A DNA stretch of 32,000 bases from Staphylothermus hellenicus DSM 12710 (GCF_000092465.1 NC_014205.1:480001-512000), one strand, 5' to 3'. Positions 15,971 to 24,811 are shown, counted from the stretch's first letter. Translations and numbers: made by a program. Notes: a model not told the origin generated them from the letters alone.

Positions 15971-16127
15971 TACTGTATAGAGGAGAAAGAGTTGAGAAAT
16001 CATCAATGTAGTGGAAGTATTTTTCTCTAATTAGATATCATTATTGAGCTGAACCGTGTTTTCTATAATATTTTCGGTTATGTCTCTTGGTTTTATATTG
16101 TTTTATCTATTCTTTGGGTGAAGGTTT

Positions 16128-16799
16128 ATGGTTAAAATCACTGGTTTCTGGTTTATTGATAGGTTTTTTGATGGGATTCCATGGAATAGTGTTTACGAGT
16201 TTTATAGTAGTGATAATAGGTTGTTAGAGCTTTTATTTCATTATGTTATAAGTATTTCTAGTGTTTATGGGAGAGTCTATGTTGTTCTAGTACGTGAATT
16301 CGGTGGTTTAGACCCATATTTTCTTCTCAGACTTACCCGTATGCATAGGGGTGATCCTGATAATGTTTTTGTTTCTCGTTGTTTCCGCGTAGGAGATGTT
16401 GAAACTGTTCTTGAGGATCTTTTAGAGAATAATTTCTCGAAGAAATCATCTGTTCTAATCTATACTCCCTACTCCTTTGTTAGGAACGGTTTAGCGGGTT
16501 ATCACGATATGGGCAGGATTACTGGTTTAATTCATAGGTTGAAGAATCTTGGTTATCGTATTATATTGTTTAATGAGGTTAGTAGGGATGGTTATTATAG
16601 ACCTATGGGTGGTTCTTTTCATCATCATACAGCAGACATTATTCTCCGATTAGATGTTAAGGATGGGAAATGGGGTTATCTCATTGTTGTTAAGCATCCT
16701 CGTTTATCGGAGGGGCTGCGTATAAGTATTCCAATCAATAAGATCAGGGGTGGGAATATATGGGTAGAACAACGATCTCTTATAGAATGGCTCTCCTAA
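16128..16799 (+). CDS. RecA/RadB-like fold protein lacking Walker A and Walker B (predicted inactive ATPase)
   Basis: 223 aa. It is collinear by eye with RadB/KaiC-type RecA-fold proteins. DRFFDGIPWNSVYEFYSSDNRLLELLFHYV corresponds to LDELLGGGI..G.ITEIYGPPGSGKTQLALQL. SSVLIYTPYSFV corresponds to the hhhhDS Walker B strand. RITGLIHRLKNLGYRIILFNEVS and ADIILRLDV...VVKHPRLSEG match the later strands. The GxxxxGKT/S motif and the Walker B Asp are both replaced. Confidence 0.6.
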   Translation: MVKITGFWFIDRFFDGIPWNSVYEFYSSDNRLLELLFHYVISISSVYGRVYVVLVREFGGLDPYFLLRLTRMHRGDPDNVFVSRCFRVGDVETVLEDLLENNFSKKSSVLIYTPYSFVRNGLAGYHDMGRITGLIHRLKNLGYRIILFNEVSRDGYYRPMGGSFHHHTADIILRLDVKDGKWGYLIVVKHPRLSEGLRISIPINKIRGGNIWVEQRSLIEWLS

Positions 16800-16984
16800 G
16801 GGAGCTGGAAAGATTCCGTAGAATAATAGCTAGGCTTCCAAGAGATGAGAAAGCTAGGTGGGAAGAAATACTTGAGGGTATTGAGGATACTATGAGTATC
16901 TACAGCGATGTCCCAATAACTGATCCATTGGAGATCATATATTTCCATATACTACGTAGGCTTTTAAGAGATGATGTTTCTTGA
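16760..16984 (+). CDS. small alpha-helical protein (unknown), translationally coupled between the RecA-like and PolB genes
   Basis: 74 aa in the track. An ATG at 16787 (MALLRELERFRRIIARLPRDEKARWEEILEG...) gives 65 aa and a 13-nt overlap with the upstream stop. Its TGA stop overlaps the TTG start of the polymerase gene (16981..16984). Confidence 0.5.
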   Translation: MGRTTISYRMALLRELERFRRIIARLPRDEKARWEEILEGIEDTMSIYSDVPITDPLEIIYFHILRRLLRDDVS

Positions 16985-18927
16985 ACAATAATATTCTATA
17001 TCTTTTCGACGCCGTCCCCTCCGGTAAGTATACCTTGTTTAAACTATTGGACCGGGATGGAAGAGTATATGTAGTTCCTATAAGTCTTCTATATCGTGGA
17101 TACCTTATGCCACGTATTGATCCAGATGTTTTATTGGAGAATGTTGAGTTAATAAATGGTGTTGAAAAAGTATGGGTTGAGAACTGGTATAAACCACCAT
17201 ACTTTTCTTCTGAGACAGAAGTAGTTGTTTATGAAACACGTGATCCCCGCATAATAAGTACTGTGAATAATTGGGCTATACGTAAAGCTATCGGTGTTCC
17301 AGTTAATACTTTTCCTGAACCATTAATTGAAGCTTTATGGAGAAACAAGATCCCTGTACTAACCCCTTTGAAGAAATATGGGGATAGAATTGTTGCTTTG
17401 GAGAATCCTTTTGATCCAGAATATTCTGAGCCTCCGATCAAGTATTTAATACTACGCTTATTTAGAGGTGGGTATAGATTATATTCTGAAGCAATAGATC
17501 CGGAGAAAGTTGTTGTAGAGGATAATGAGGGCATAGTTTATGAGGGTGGCTTGGATGGAGCTGTTGAAACTATTCGTGAACATAAACCATTAATACTCTA
17601 TACCAGTATTGTAGAGAAAATATATGTTGAGCAAAGATATTCTTGGATTAAGAAATACTATGATGTATGGATAGATGATGCTGAAACACTTGTTGATCAT
17701 ACAGGTATAGTGTATTGGAGCAGGCTATCATATACTCCTCCTAGAATGCTTAACTATGCAACCATAGGCAGAATACTAACTACTATAGAAGCATTAGAAG
17801 CTAGGAAACATAAATACCTAATAATAAATGGTTTTGGACGCAGAGAGTCTTGGAGAAGTCTTCGAAGCCTATTAGAAACTGATCGTGGAGGACTAGTTTA
17901 CTCGCCTAAACCCGGCCTGTACTGGGATATTTGCCAAATAGACTATAACAGTCTTTATCCAAGCATCATTGCTAAATACAATATTAGTGGTGAAACAATT
18001 GATAATCCATATTGTAGGAACAAATATGTAGTGAAGAATTCACCGCATATAATATGCATGGATCGCAGAGGACTTGTATCAATTGTTCTAGATAAACTAG
18101 TAAGGCTACGTGAGAAAACAAAAATGCTTAGGGCACAAACAAATAATGAAGTATATAGTCTTAGAAGCAAAGCTCTTAAATGGATGCTTGTCTCAGGCTT
18201 TGGCTATCTAGGATTCAAGAATAGTTTATTCGGCTCAATAATGGCTCATGAAACAGTTACATGGTATGCTCGCAGAATATTGAGAGAAGCACAATGGTTG
18301 CTGGAGAAGAGAGGCTATAAAGTAGTACATGTAATAATAGATAGCTTATTTGTTCAAGGAGGAGATTGTGAGAAAGCATTGAGAATAGTTGAAGAAACAG
18401 GTATGCCTGCAAAAATAGAAGCTGAATATACATGGCTATATATTCCGGAAACAAAGAATACAGGGCTTGGAGCAGCTAATAAATACTATGGGAGACTAGC
18501 TAGTGGAGAAATGAAGATTAAGGGAGTAATGTGTGTTAGGAAAAACACTCCAATATTCATTAGAGAAACACAGTTAGAAGCAATAAATAAGCTTGGAGAA
18601 GCCGGAAAACCAGAAGAGCTCAAGGAGAAATTAAGAGAAGCACATACAGTTTTCCAATTAGCCGAACAAAAACTTATCAATAGAGAAGTAGAGTCTTGGA
18701 AGCTAGGCATAATAGTTAATGCTAGGAAAAAACCCAAACATAAAACACCATGGTTAAAAGCATCATCAATGATCAGAAAATATACTGGACCCATAGTCTA
18801 CATAATATCCCCTAGCGGAGAACCCGAACCCCTTATAGATACTGACCAAAAATACAGTGCAGAATACTATGTAAAACTACTACATAGCGCATGGGAAGAA
18901 ATACCAAGCATAGATATAATTCAATAA
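16981..18927 (+). CDS. family-B DNA polymerase, PolB2/Dpo2-like: exonuclease motifs absent, motif C altered
   Basis: 648 aa. Motif A is intact: GGLVYSPKPGLYWDICQIDYNSLYPSII (D321..S328, nt 17941..17964). Motif B is divergent: KWMLVSGFGYLG versus KxxxNSxYG. Motif C reads VVHVIIDSLFV where YGDTDS is expected, so only one Asp is left. The KKRY-like NKYYG and the thumb block IKGVMCVRKNTP are present. No DxE or NxxxFD exonuclease motifs occur in the N-terminal 300 aa. Confidence 0.8.
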   Translation: MNNNILYLFDAVPSGKYTLFKLLDRDGRVYVVPISLLYRGYLMPRIDPDVLLENVELINGVEKVWVENWYKPPYFSSETEVVVYETRDPRIISTVNNWAIRKAIGVPVNTFPEPLIEALWRNKIPVLTPLKKYGDRIVALENPFDPEYSEPPIKYLILRLFRGGYRLYSEAIDPEKVVVEDNEGIVYEGGLDGAVETIREHKPLILYTSIVEKIYVEQRYSWIKKYYDVWIDDAETLVDHTGIVYWSRLSYTPPRMLNYATIGRILTTIEALEARKHKYLIINGFGRRESWRSLRSLLETDRGGLVYSPKPGLYWDICQIDYNSLYPSIIAKYNISGETIDNPYCRNKYVVKNSPHIICMDRRGLVSIVLDKLVRLREKTKMLRAQTNNEVYSLRSKALKWMLVSGFGYLGFKNSLFGSIMAHETVTWYARRILREAQWLLEKRGYKVVHVIIDSLFVQGGDCEKALRIVEETGMPAKIEAEYTWLYIPETKNTGLGAANKYYGRLASGEMKIKGVMCVRKNTPIFIRETQLEAINKLGEAGKPEELKEKLREAHTVFQLAEQKLINREVESWKLGIIVNARKKPKHKTPWLKASSMIRKYTGPIVYIISPSGEPEPLIDTDQKYSAEYYVKLLHSAWEEIPSIDIIQ

Positions 18928-19626
18928 TTTCACCTAAGTAAATCATCAATGAATCCAATAGATCATAACTCTATACGGGATTACAGCAACTTTTCACGAC
19001 AAATTTCTCCACTAGAGATACCACTACTAGAACAACAATTTTTGTTCTCAAAGGACTTAGCATAAATGATAACATAAAACTCTTTGATCTTCCTCTCAAA
19101 CCATTCATGAAACATCTAAGAAGTAAAGAACTGAAATGTATATCTAAGAAGCACTCACTAGCTATAATCCAGAGCTTATATCGGATCTACTGATCCTTAC
19201 AATAGAATTGCTGGTTTAACTATAACATCTCATTTTTCACCAAACATATTCATATACATAATCACACTAATCTATCCTATGTCCCCCATTATATTATTGA
19301 TTATACTAGTAATAAAATCTAAAAGTCTCTATGGACATCATCAAACCCACTATTAGAAGCAGTAGATTAAAGCTATGAATTGAACAAATAATTGAAGCAT
19401 AAATTTTTCTTAAAGAAGCTAAAGACCAATGAATTAAGATTTCTTTTAAAGGGTCCATCGCTAAATCACTTCCAGCCATAAAGGATAAGTCATAACATAA
19501 AAAGCTCAAAACCATTATCACCCCTATTAATATTCTCCAAACACTAATAACCCGACCTCTCAACCGAAAAAATAAACAATGAATGTAAAGAAGTTATTAG
19601 GAAAAAACTATAAGGAGTAGATAGGA

Positions 19627-20205
19627 ATGGAAAGACCTATAAAGCTGGTGAGTATATCCCTATCTCTTTTAATAATTATAATCTTGTTAATAATTATAAT
19701 CTTGTCCATCTCTCTAACTCCAGCATCAGCCAGCACTAATATAGAGCCCAATCGCTGGCTAGAGCCAGAATTACTATCAGAGGATCATCGTTCCCATGGA
19801 TACGTGGGTGCATCAACTACATTGAATTTCTCGATCTCCTATGGAGGTGCCACATTTAGAGTAGCAGTTTTTGTTAGTGGGGCAGATGCATATGATGTTG
19901 GTATACTGGCATTAGGAGGACACTACGATGTCCTTAGAGGCTATTATGTAGATTTTGGAGTAAAAGTTGCAACCTATCCCAAGGACTGGACAGGACCCGG
20001 CTGGTTCGAGTCATACCACTTTGATGCAATAAAGGCGACGCATAGTCCTTTATACTTTTACATGAGTTTACCATATGCCAAAGTATGGGTGGAGGGAGAT
20101 ATAAGGTTCAAGGTTACCCACACAACATGGTGGGGAGCATCCTCAAATATATATTGGGATAATTGGACTAATCTCTATGCAGAAGCAATAGTTCGTGTAG
20201 AGTAA
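19627..20205 (+). CDS. secreted or N-terminally anchored beta-rich protein (unknown function)
   Basis: 192 aa. The N-terminal hydrophobic segment LVSISLSLLIIIILLIIIILSISL is followed by TPASAS. The remainder is rich in aromatic/Gly beta-strand-like sequence. An AGGAG box lies upstream (19613..19617). It is the first gene of a 5-gene operon. Confidence 0.6.
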   Translation: MERPIKLVSISLSLLIIIILLIIIILSISLTPASASTNIEPNRWLEPELLSEDHRSHGYVGASTTLNFSISYGGATFRVAVFVSGADAYDVGILALGGHYDVLRGYYVDFGVKVATYPKDWTGPGWFESYHFDAIKATHSPLYFYMSLPYAKVWVEGDIRFKVTHTTWWGASSNIYWDNWTNLYAEAIVRVE

Positions 20206-20260
20206 TGCTCCTCTATACTTATTTTTTAACATTATTTTTATAAAATAATATTAACATATA

Positions 20261-21163
20261 TTGGGAGGTTATGATTACATGGTGGGCTCTCTAAAGCATT
20301 TATTATTCACGCTTGCTTGGATAGGTATTATCATGGCAGTCTTATTGTCTATTGTAGCTGTTGGTTCGGCCACGCCACAACCTCCTTCAGTTCTCACTTA
20401 TCATGGCGACGGCTTTGAATTTGCCTTTAGAAGGGGGGATGTCTTTGTGGGTAATGATACATATCTTTCTGAAGATGTCACTATTACTATTAGTTTTGAA
20501 CCCATTAATTCCACTGCTTCATGGATATATGTGGATATAAGAGCTCCAGCGGTTTATTACTGGCCTCACAGAAACTTTGTATTTCGTGGCATATGGGATG
20601 TTGAGTGCAATGAATCCGCCGACTGGCGTAGTGTGAGAACTATTATGCATAACTACCACTTAAGACTCAAATACCTTGTTAACACAACAAATAACTATGC
20701 ATGGCTTAATGGTGAGTTCATAGGGTTCTTCCCATTCTACATATTCCCAACACTAGGCTATGACAATGTAACTAAGTACACATATGTATACATGGGGAAG
20801 GAGCTGCATGTGGCGATGCTGGAGGGAAAGCCTGGGCCAAGCCGCCTCCATGTGAAGGGGGCTAGTGGTAGAGAATATGAAATAGTAGCGCTTACCCTAT
20901 ATAATAAGTATATTAATATTGGATTCGTATATCACTGGCCAATAAGTGTCACCGGCTTCATACCTATTGGGAACAACACCTACTTACACATCGACTCTGC
21001 AACCATTGATGAAGACTGGATTCCCTATCTAAAAGCTATCGACGACTACCCTGAATGGGTTACAACTATTGATTGGAGCAGACTTATATTATTTATAGCC
21101 ATCATAGGATCCATAATAGCATTGGTCATTATGTTCATCAGGAGGAGGAGGAGGCATAAGTAA
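20261..21163 (+). CDS. surface protein with N-terminal signal/anchor and C-terminal transmembrane anchor (unknown function)
   Basis: 300 aa. The N-terminal helix is LLFTLAWIGIIMAVLLSIVAVGSA. The C-terminal helix LILFIAIIGSIIALVIMFI is followed by RRRRRHK. There are at least six N-x-S/T sequons (NDT, NST, NES, NTT, NVT, NNT). GGGAGGT at 20263..20269 suggests the real start is ATG 20279 rather than TTG 20261. Confidence 0.6.
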   Translation: MGGYDYMVGSLKHLLFTLAWIGIIMAVLLSIVAVGSATPQPPSVLTYHGDGFEFAFRRGDVFVGNDTYLSEDVTITISFEPINSTASWIYVDIRAPAVYYWPHRNFVFRGIWDVECNESADWRSVRTIMHNYHLRLKYLVNTTNNYAWLNGEFIGFFPFYIFPTLGYDNVTKYTYVYMGKELHVAMLEGKPGPSRLHVKGASGREYEIVALTLYNKYINIGFVYHWPISVTGFIPIGNNTYLHIDSATIDEDWIPYLKAIDDYPEWVTTIDWSRLILFIAIIGSIIALVIMFIRRRRRHK

Positions 21164-21931
21164 TTGTTGAAGCTTCCTCTGAGGGAGTCTTTCTCAATCA
21201 CAACTATTGTAATAGCGGCTATCCTAGCATCTTCTCCATTACTAATAGCACTTACAGGCTTCATACCTTACAACTATAGTGTATATGGTGAAATTATTAA
21301 ATCACCTAATGCCACCGTTTCAGGGATGAGTTTTTATAGGGGTTTATGCCGAGCAGCCGGGTCTGTTCATGTTAATAGGACTATGTTACTGCTAACTTAT
21401 CTTAGCTTCTTTGATCTTGTGTCAGCTACATACTTTCTGTTATCAGGAGTGATTGCCGCCTATTTGATCGCTAGGCCTCTTGAATACAAGTATTTCTTCA
21501 TAGAAGCAACATATAGTGGGGGAAGGCTACCTATATTTCTATTAAGACTTGGCTCCGCCTACATGCTGGGAGTGTTTTCCTCAATACTTGGTGCAATGAA
21601 CCTAGCTGGTGTGGTATATGTTTTAAAGCTATATAGTGGAATAAGTGAGGCACTACTATCCTCTATTGAGTTGTTGCTTCTTGAAACACTCATAGCTGTA
21701 TCGGTGTCGTCGCTGATATCGTTGTTTACGAGGAGTTTCCCAACAAGCACACTTGGTGTTCTAGGCATCCTTGTACTAATACTTCTGCTTGGTATGAAAT
21801 ACAGTTTCCTCAACAGCATAGTGCTTGTAGATAGAATTCTTGTAGGGGATGGAAGTATTGAAGCATATCTCGCAGCCTTGCTCGTATCAATTGTAGGTTC
21901 TGTGTGGAGGGCTGATATGATTGAGTATTAG
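21164..21931 (+). CDS. polytopic membrane protein, ABC-2-type permease candidate
   Basis: 255 aa with about six hydrophobic helices. It starts directly after the upstream stop. A TTG start is required to keep the first helix, because the first internal Met is residue 55. It lies two genes upstream of an ABC ATPase. Confidence 0.55.
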   Translation: MLKLPLRESFSITTIVIAAILASSPLLIALTGFIPYNYSVYGEIIKSPNATVSGMSFYRGLCRAAGSVHVNRTMLLLTYLSFFDLVSATYFLLSGVIAAYLIARPLEYKYFFIEATYSGGRLPIFLLRLGSAYMLGVFSSILGAMNLAGVVYVLKLYSGISEALLSSIELLLLETLIAVSVSSLISLFTRSFPTSTLGVLGILVLILLLGMKYSFLNSIVLVDRILVGDGSIEAYLAALLVSIVGSVWRADMIEY

Positions 21932-22304
21932 AGCTAGGATAATTATTGCTGTATCAATACTGGTCATTATAGTCTTTGCTGAATTCCTAGTATTTATGCA
22001 GGGTTTCCTCCCACAGTCACAAGTGTATATAGAGCTTAAAGCACCGCTCTATCCAGGTAGAGCTGTCTACTCTACAAGTATCAACGTATTCCTTGGCAGG
22101 GGAGTATATGAAGTTGTCATCAACCCCTCTACAAAGCTCTCAATATGTATTGTATCAGATAATACTACGCGTGTATTGAATGTATCTAAACCGGTTAAAA
22201 TCCGCATATTTAGCGAGACTGGGTTATCGATAACAGTACTAGCTATTATAGAACAGTATAAAACAAACCTAGGCACGATCAGGGTGGTTAGGCGTTGGAT
22301 ATAG
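21921..22304 (+). CDS. single-pass membrane protein with beta-rich ectodomain (unknown function)
   Basis: 127 aa. The N-terminal helix is IIIAVSILVIIVFAEFLVF. It overlaps the upstream gene by 11 nt and the downstream gene by 10 nt. Confidence 0.5.
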   Translation: MSIRARIIIAVSILVIIVFAEFLVFMQGFLPQSQVYIELKAPLYPGRAVYSTSINVFLGRGVYEVVINPSTKLSICIVSDNTTRVLNVSKPVKIRIFSETGLSITVLAIIEQYKTNLGTIRVVRRWI

Positions 22305-23095
22305 ATAGGATAGTTCTGAAAAATGTTGTTAAGAAGTATAAGAGGTTTACTCTCAAGATAAAACATGCTGAGTTCAGGAAGGGTTTAAACCTCGTAGTTG
22401 GATCTAATGGTAGCGGTAAAACAACCATGTTGAAGATGATTGCAGGCTTTACATGGCCTAGTAATGGAAATATTGAGATCATTGCTGAGGGGAAGAAGTA
22501 TTCTCCGAGACAAGCTATGAAGTTGGTGGGATATGTAGCTGAGGATGTAATCTTTCCCAACTTAAAAGTTAGAGAACTTATCGAATCCTTTTCAAGCGGT
22601 TCAACATGCGAGGAACTTATAAGCAATCTTGATCTTAGAGATCACCTAGATAAGAAGTACCTAGAATTATCAGCAGGACTTAGGAAGAGAGTTCAGATTG
22701 CTATAGCACTGCTTAAGAAGCCGAAGATAATATTGCTTGATGAACCCTTCTCAAACCTTGACATATTCATAATACCCAGGATCAAAGACATTCTTGAGAA
22801 GCTAGGGGAGAAGACTATAATCATAGTTACAAGCCATATAGGAATAGAAGCAGATGTTGAAACAATCACTATACTTGACCAAGGCAGGCTACTCTACCAC
22901 GGAGATCCATCAGTTATAAAACAGAGAATAGTGTTTGAAGCAGATGTTGAAGGCAAGACTGTTTCAATGGATCTAGATGCACTCAATAAAATCATACACC
23001 CCATTAAAATAAGATCTGTGAAGATTAATAGTCAAACCGACGCCATCGTCGACTTCATTAAATCCATCAAAAATAATAAAATAATACACTCATAA
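22295..23095 (+). CDS. ABC transporter ATP-binding protein (ABC-2/exporter type) with extra C-terminal domain
   Basis: 266 aa with Walker A GSNGSGKTT, signature LSAGLRKRVQIAIALL, Walker B ILLDEP and H-loop TSH. A TTG start is required because the next Met lies beyond the Walker A motif. Confidence 0.85.
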   Translation: MDIDRIVLKNVVKKYKRFTLKIKHAEFRKGLNLVVGSNGSGKTTMLKMIAGFTWPSNGNIEIIAEGKKYSPRQAMKLVGYVAEDVIFPNLKVRELIESFSSGSTCEELISNLDLRDHLDKKYLELSAGLRKRVQIAIALLKKPKIILLDEPFSNLDIFIIPRIKDILEKLGEKTIIIVTSHIGIEADVETITILDQGRLLYHGDPSVIKQRIVFEADVEGKTVSMDLDALNKIIHPIKIRSVKINSQTDAIVDFIKSIKNNKIIHS

Positions 23096-23156
23096 GCCTA
23101 TAAGTAGCTATTTTTATAATGACATAGGCTTCTTTGTTGTGTTTTTATTCTAGCTT

Positions 23157-23174
23157 ACATATTATGTTTATTGT
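23157..23174. promoter_or_regulatory. glpK upstream copy of an AT-rich motif shared by three glycerol-gene promoters
   Basis: ACATATTATGTTTATTGT lies 33-50 nt upstream of the glpK GTG. It shares ATTATGTTT with site 30962..30981, and the ACA ... TTTATTGT ends with site 27035..27054. It may simply be the BRE/TATA region. Confidence 0.25.
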
Positions 23175-23206
23175 ATCGGAAATAATAGGATGGGGCAGGA
23201 TAGGGT

Positions 23207-24781
23207 GTGCCTCATTATATCCTCGTTGTTGATCAGGGAACTACTGGTACTAGAGCGGTTCTCTACGATGATAGGGGCGGGGTTATTAATTATAGTTATC
23301 TAGAGCATTGCCAGATCTATCCTCGTCCAGGCTGGGTAGAGCATGATCCATTAGAGATTTGGAGGAATACAGTTTATGTATTGAGAGATGCTGTGAAGCA
23401 TTCAGGAATTGATCCTAGTGATATAGTTGGTGTTGGTGTAACTAATCAGCGGGAAACAACTATTGTATGGGATAAAGCTACAGGTAAGCCCATATATAAT
23501 GCTATTGTGTGGCAAGATACTCGAACCACTAATTACTGTAAGGATCTCATTGAAAAGGGTTTATACAAGCTTGTCCACGAGAAAACAGGGTTAACTATTT
23601 CAACATATTTCTCGGCTACAAAAATAAAATGGATCCTAGATAATTTACCGGGTGCTCGAGAGAGGGCGGAGCGCGGAGAACTATTATTCGGAACTATTGA
23701 TACATGGATTATATGGAACATGACCAGGGGGACAAGGGATCATTTAACCCCTGATCGTGGAGGAGCACATGTTATAGATTATTCTAATGCTTCTAGGACA
23801 ATGTTGTTCGACATAGTTAATCATAGATGGTCAAGTGAATTATTAGAGGAGATGAGGATACCATACGGGATTCTTCCAGTAGTTGTTCCGAGTAGTTCTA
23901 GGAAACCATATGGTTATATGAATAAGGATATACTGGGTGAAGAAATACCTATACATGGGGATCTAGGTGATCAACAAGCCGCACTTGTTGGGCAAACATG
24001 TTTTAGAAGGGGTGAATTAAAATCAACTTATGGTACTGGAACATTTATGTTGTTAAATACTGGAGATAAACCTGTTTATTCATCTAGGGGATTACTTACT
24101 ACGATAGGCTATGTATTTGAAGGATATGATCCAGTATATGCTCTTGAAGGTTCAGTAGCAATTAGTGGTGCGGCTATTCAATGGCTTAGAGATAATCTCA
24201 GAATAATTAGAGATCCTTCCGAAACAGAAAAACTAGCTATGAAGACCGGGAAAATAGGTTCTGGAGGAGTATATTTTGTTCCTGCATTTAGCGGATTGTA
24301 TGCTCCATACTGGGACATGACTGCTAGAGGATTGATAATTGGTCTTACAAGATATACTAGGATAGAACATATTGTTCATGCAGTGCTCGAGGCAACTGCT
24401 TACCAGGTAAGAGACGTATATGAAGCCATGATCAATGATACTGGAATAGTTATAGATAAGTTAAAAGTAGATGGTGGTGCTACTAAAAACAATTATCTTA
24501 TGCAGTTACAAGCCAACATACTCGGAATACCTGTTCTCCGACCTAAAAATATTGAAACAACAAGTTTAGGTGCAGCATTCGCTGCTGGATTGGGAGCTGG
24601 ATTATGGAGGAATATTGAAGAACTACGACAATTATGGGTTTTGGATAAAGAGTTTAAACCTATATGGAATAAGGAGAAAAGAGAGAAGCTATATAGTGGA
24701 TGGAGATCAGCTGTTAAGAGAGCTATGAAATGGTTAGATGAAGTCGGAGAGCTACCCGGTAGTAGTGCTTATAAGGAATAA
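23207..24781 (+). CDS. glpK: glycerol kinase
   Basis: 524 aa. It has the N-terminal YILVVDQGTTGTRAVLYD, plus NQRETTIVWD, GDQQAALVGQ and DGGATKNNYLMQLQANILG, the hallmark FGGY-family/GlpK blocks. It has a GTG start. Confidence 0.92.
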   Translation: MPHYILVVDQGTTGTRAVLYDDRGGVINYSYLEHCQIYPRPGWVEHDPLEIWRNTVYVLRDAVKHSGIDPSDIVGVGVTNQRETTIVWDKATGKPIYNAIVWQDTRTTNYCKDLIEKGLYKLVHEKTGLTISTYFSATKIKWILDNLPGARERAERGELLFGTIDTWIIWNMTRGTRDHLTPDRGGAHVIDYSNASRTMLFDIVNHRWSSELLEEMRIPYGILPVVVPSSSRKPYGYMNKDILGEEIPIHGDLGDQQAALVGQTCFRRGELKSTYGTGTFMLLNTGDKPVYSSRGLLTTIGYVFEGYDPVYALEGSVAISGAAIQWLRDNLRIIRDPSETEKLAMKTGKIGSGGVYFVPAFSGLYAPYWDMTARGLIIGLTRYTRIEHIVHAVLEATAYQVRDVYEAMINDTGIVIDKLKVDGGATKNNYLMQLQANILGIPVLRPKNIETTSLGAAFAAGLGAGLWRNIEELRQLWVLDKEFKPIWNKEKREKLYSGWRSAVKRAMKWLDEVGELPGSSAYKE

Positions 24782-24811
24782 GAACCGGCTATATAAAAAT
24801 AATAATTTTTA

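Noticed and set aside
16128-18927. Idea that the PolB gene marks a casposon, provirus or plasmid-derived self-replicating element
   Set aside because: I could see no Cas1/integrase, terminal-protein-type features, terminal inverted repeats or tRNA attachment site. The polymerase lacks the exonuclease domain that protein-primed and casposon PolBs retain. It fits the chromosomal PolB2 type better.
19306-19563. 85-aa minus-strand ORF in the gene-poor spacer
   Set aside because: It has no ribosome-binding or promoter signal that I could recognise, and it is an isolated hydrophobic/low-complexity sequence. I kept it only as a note under the spacer finding.
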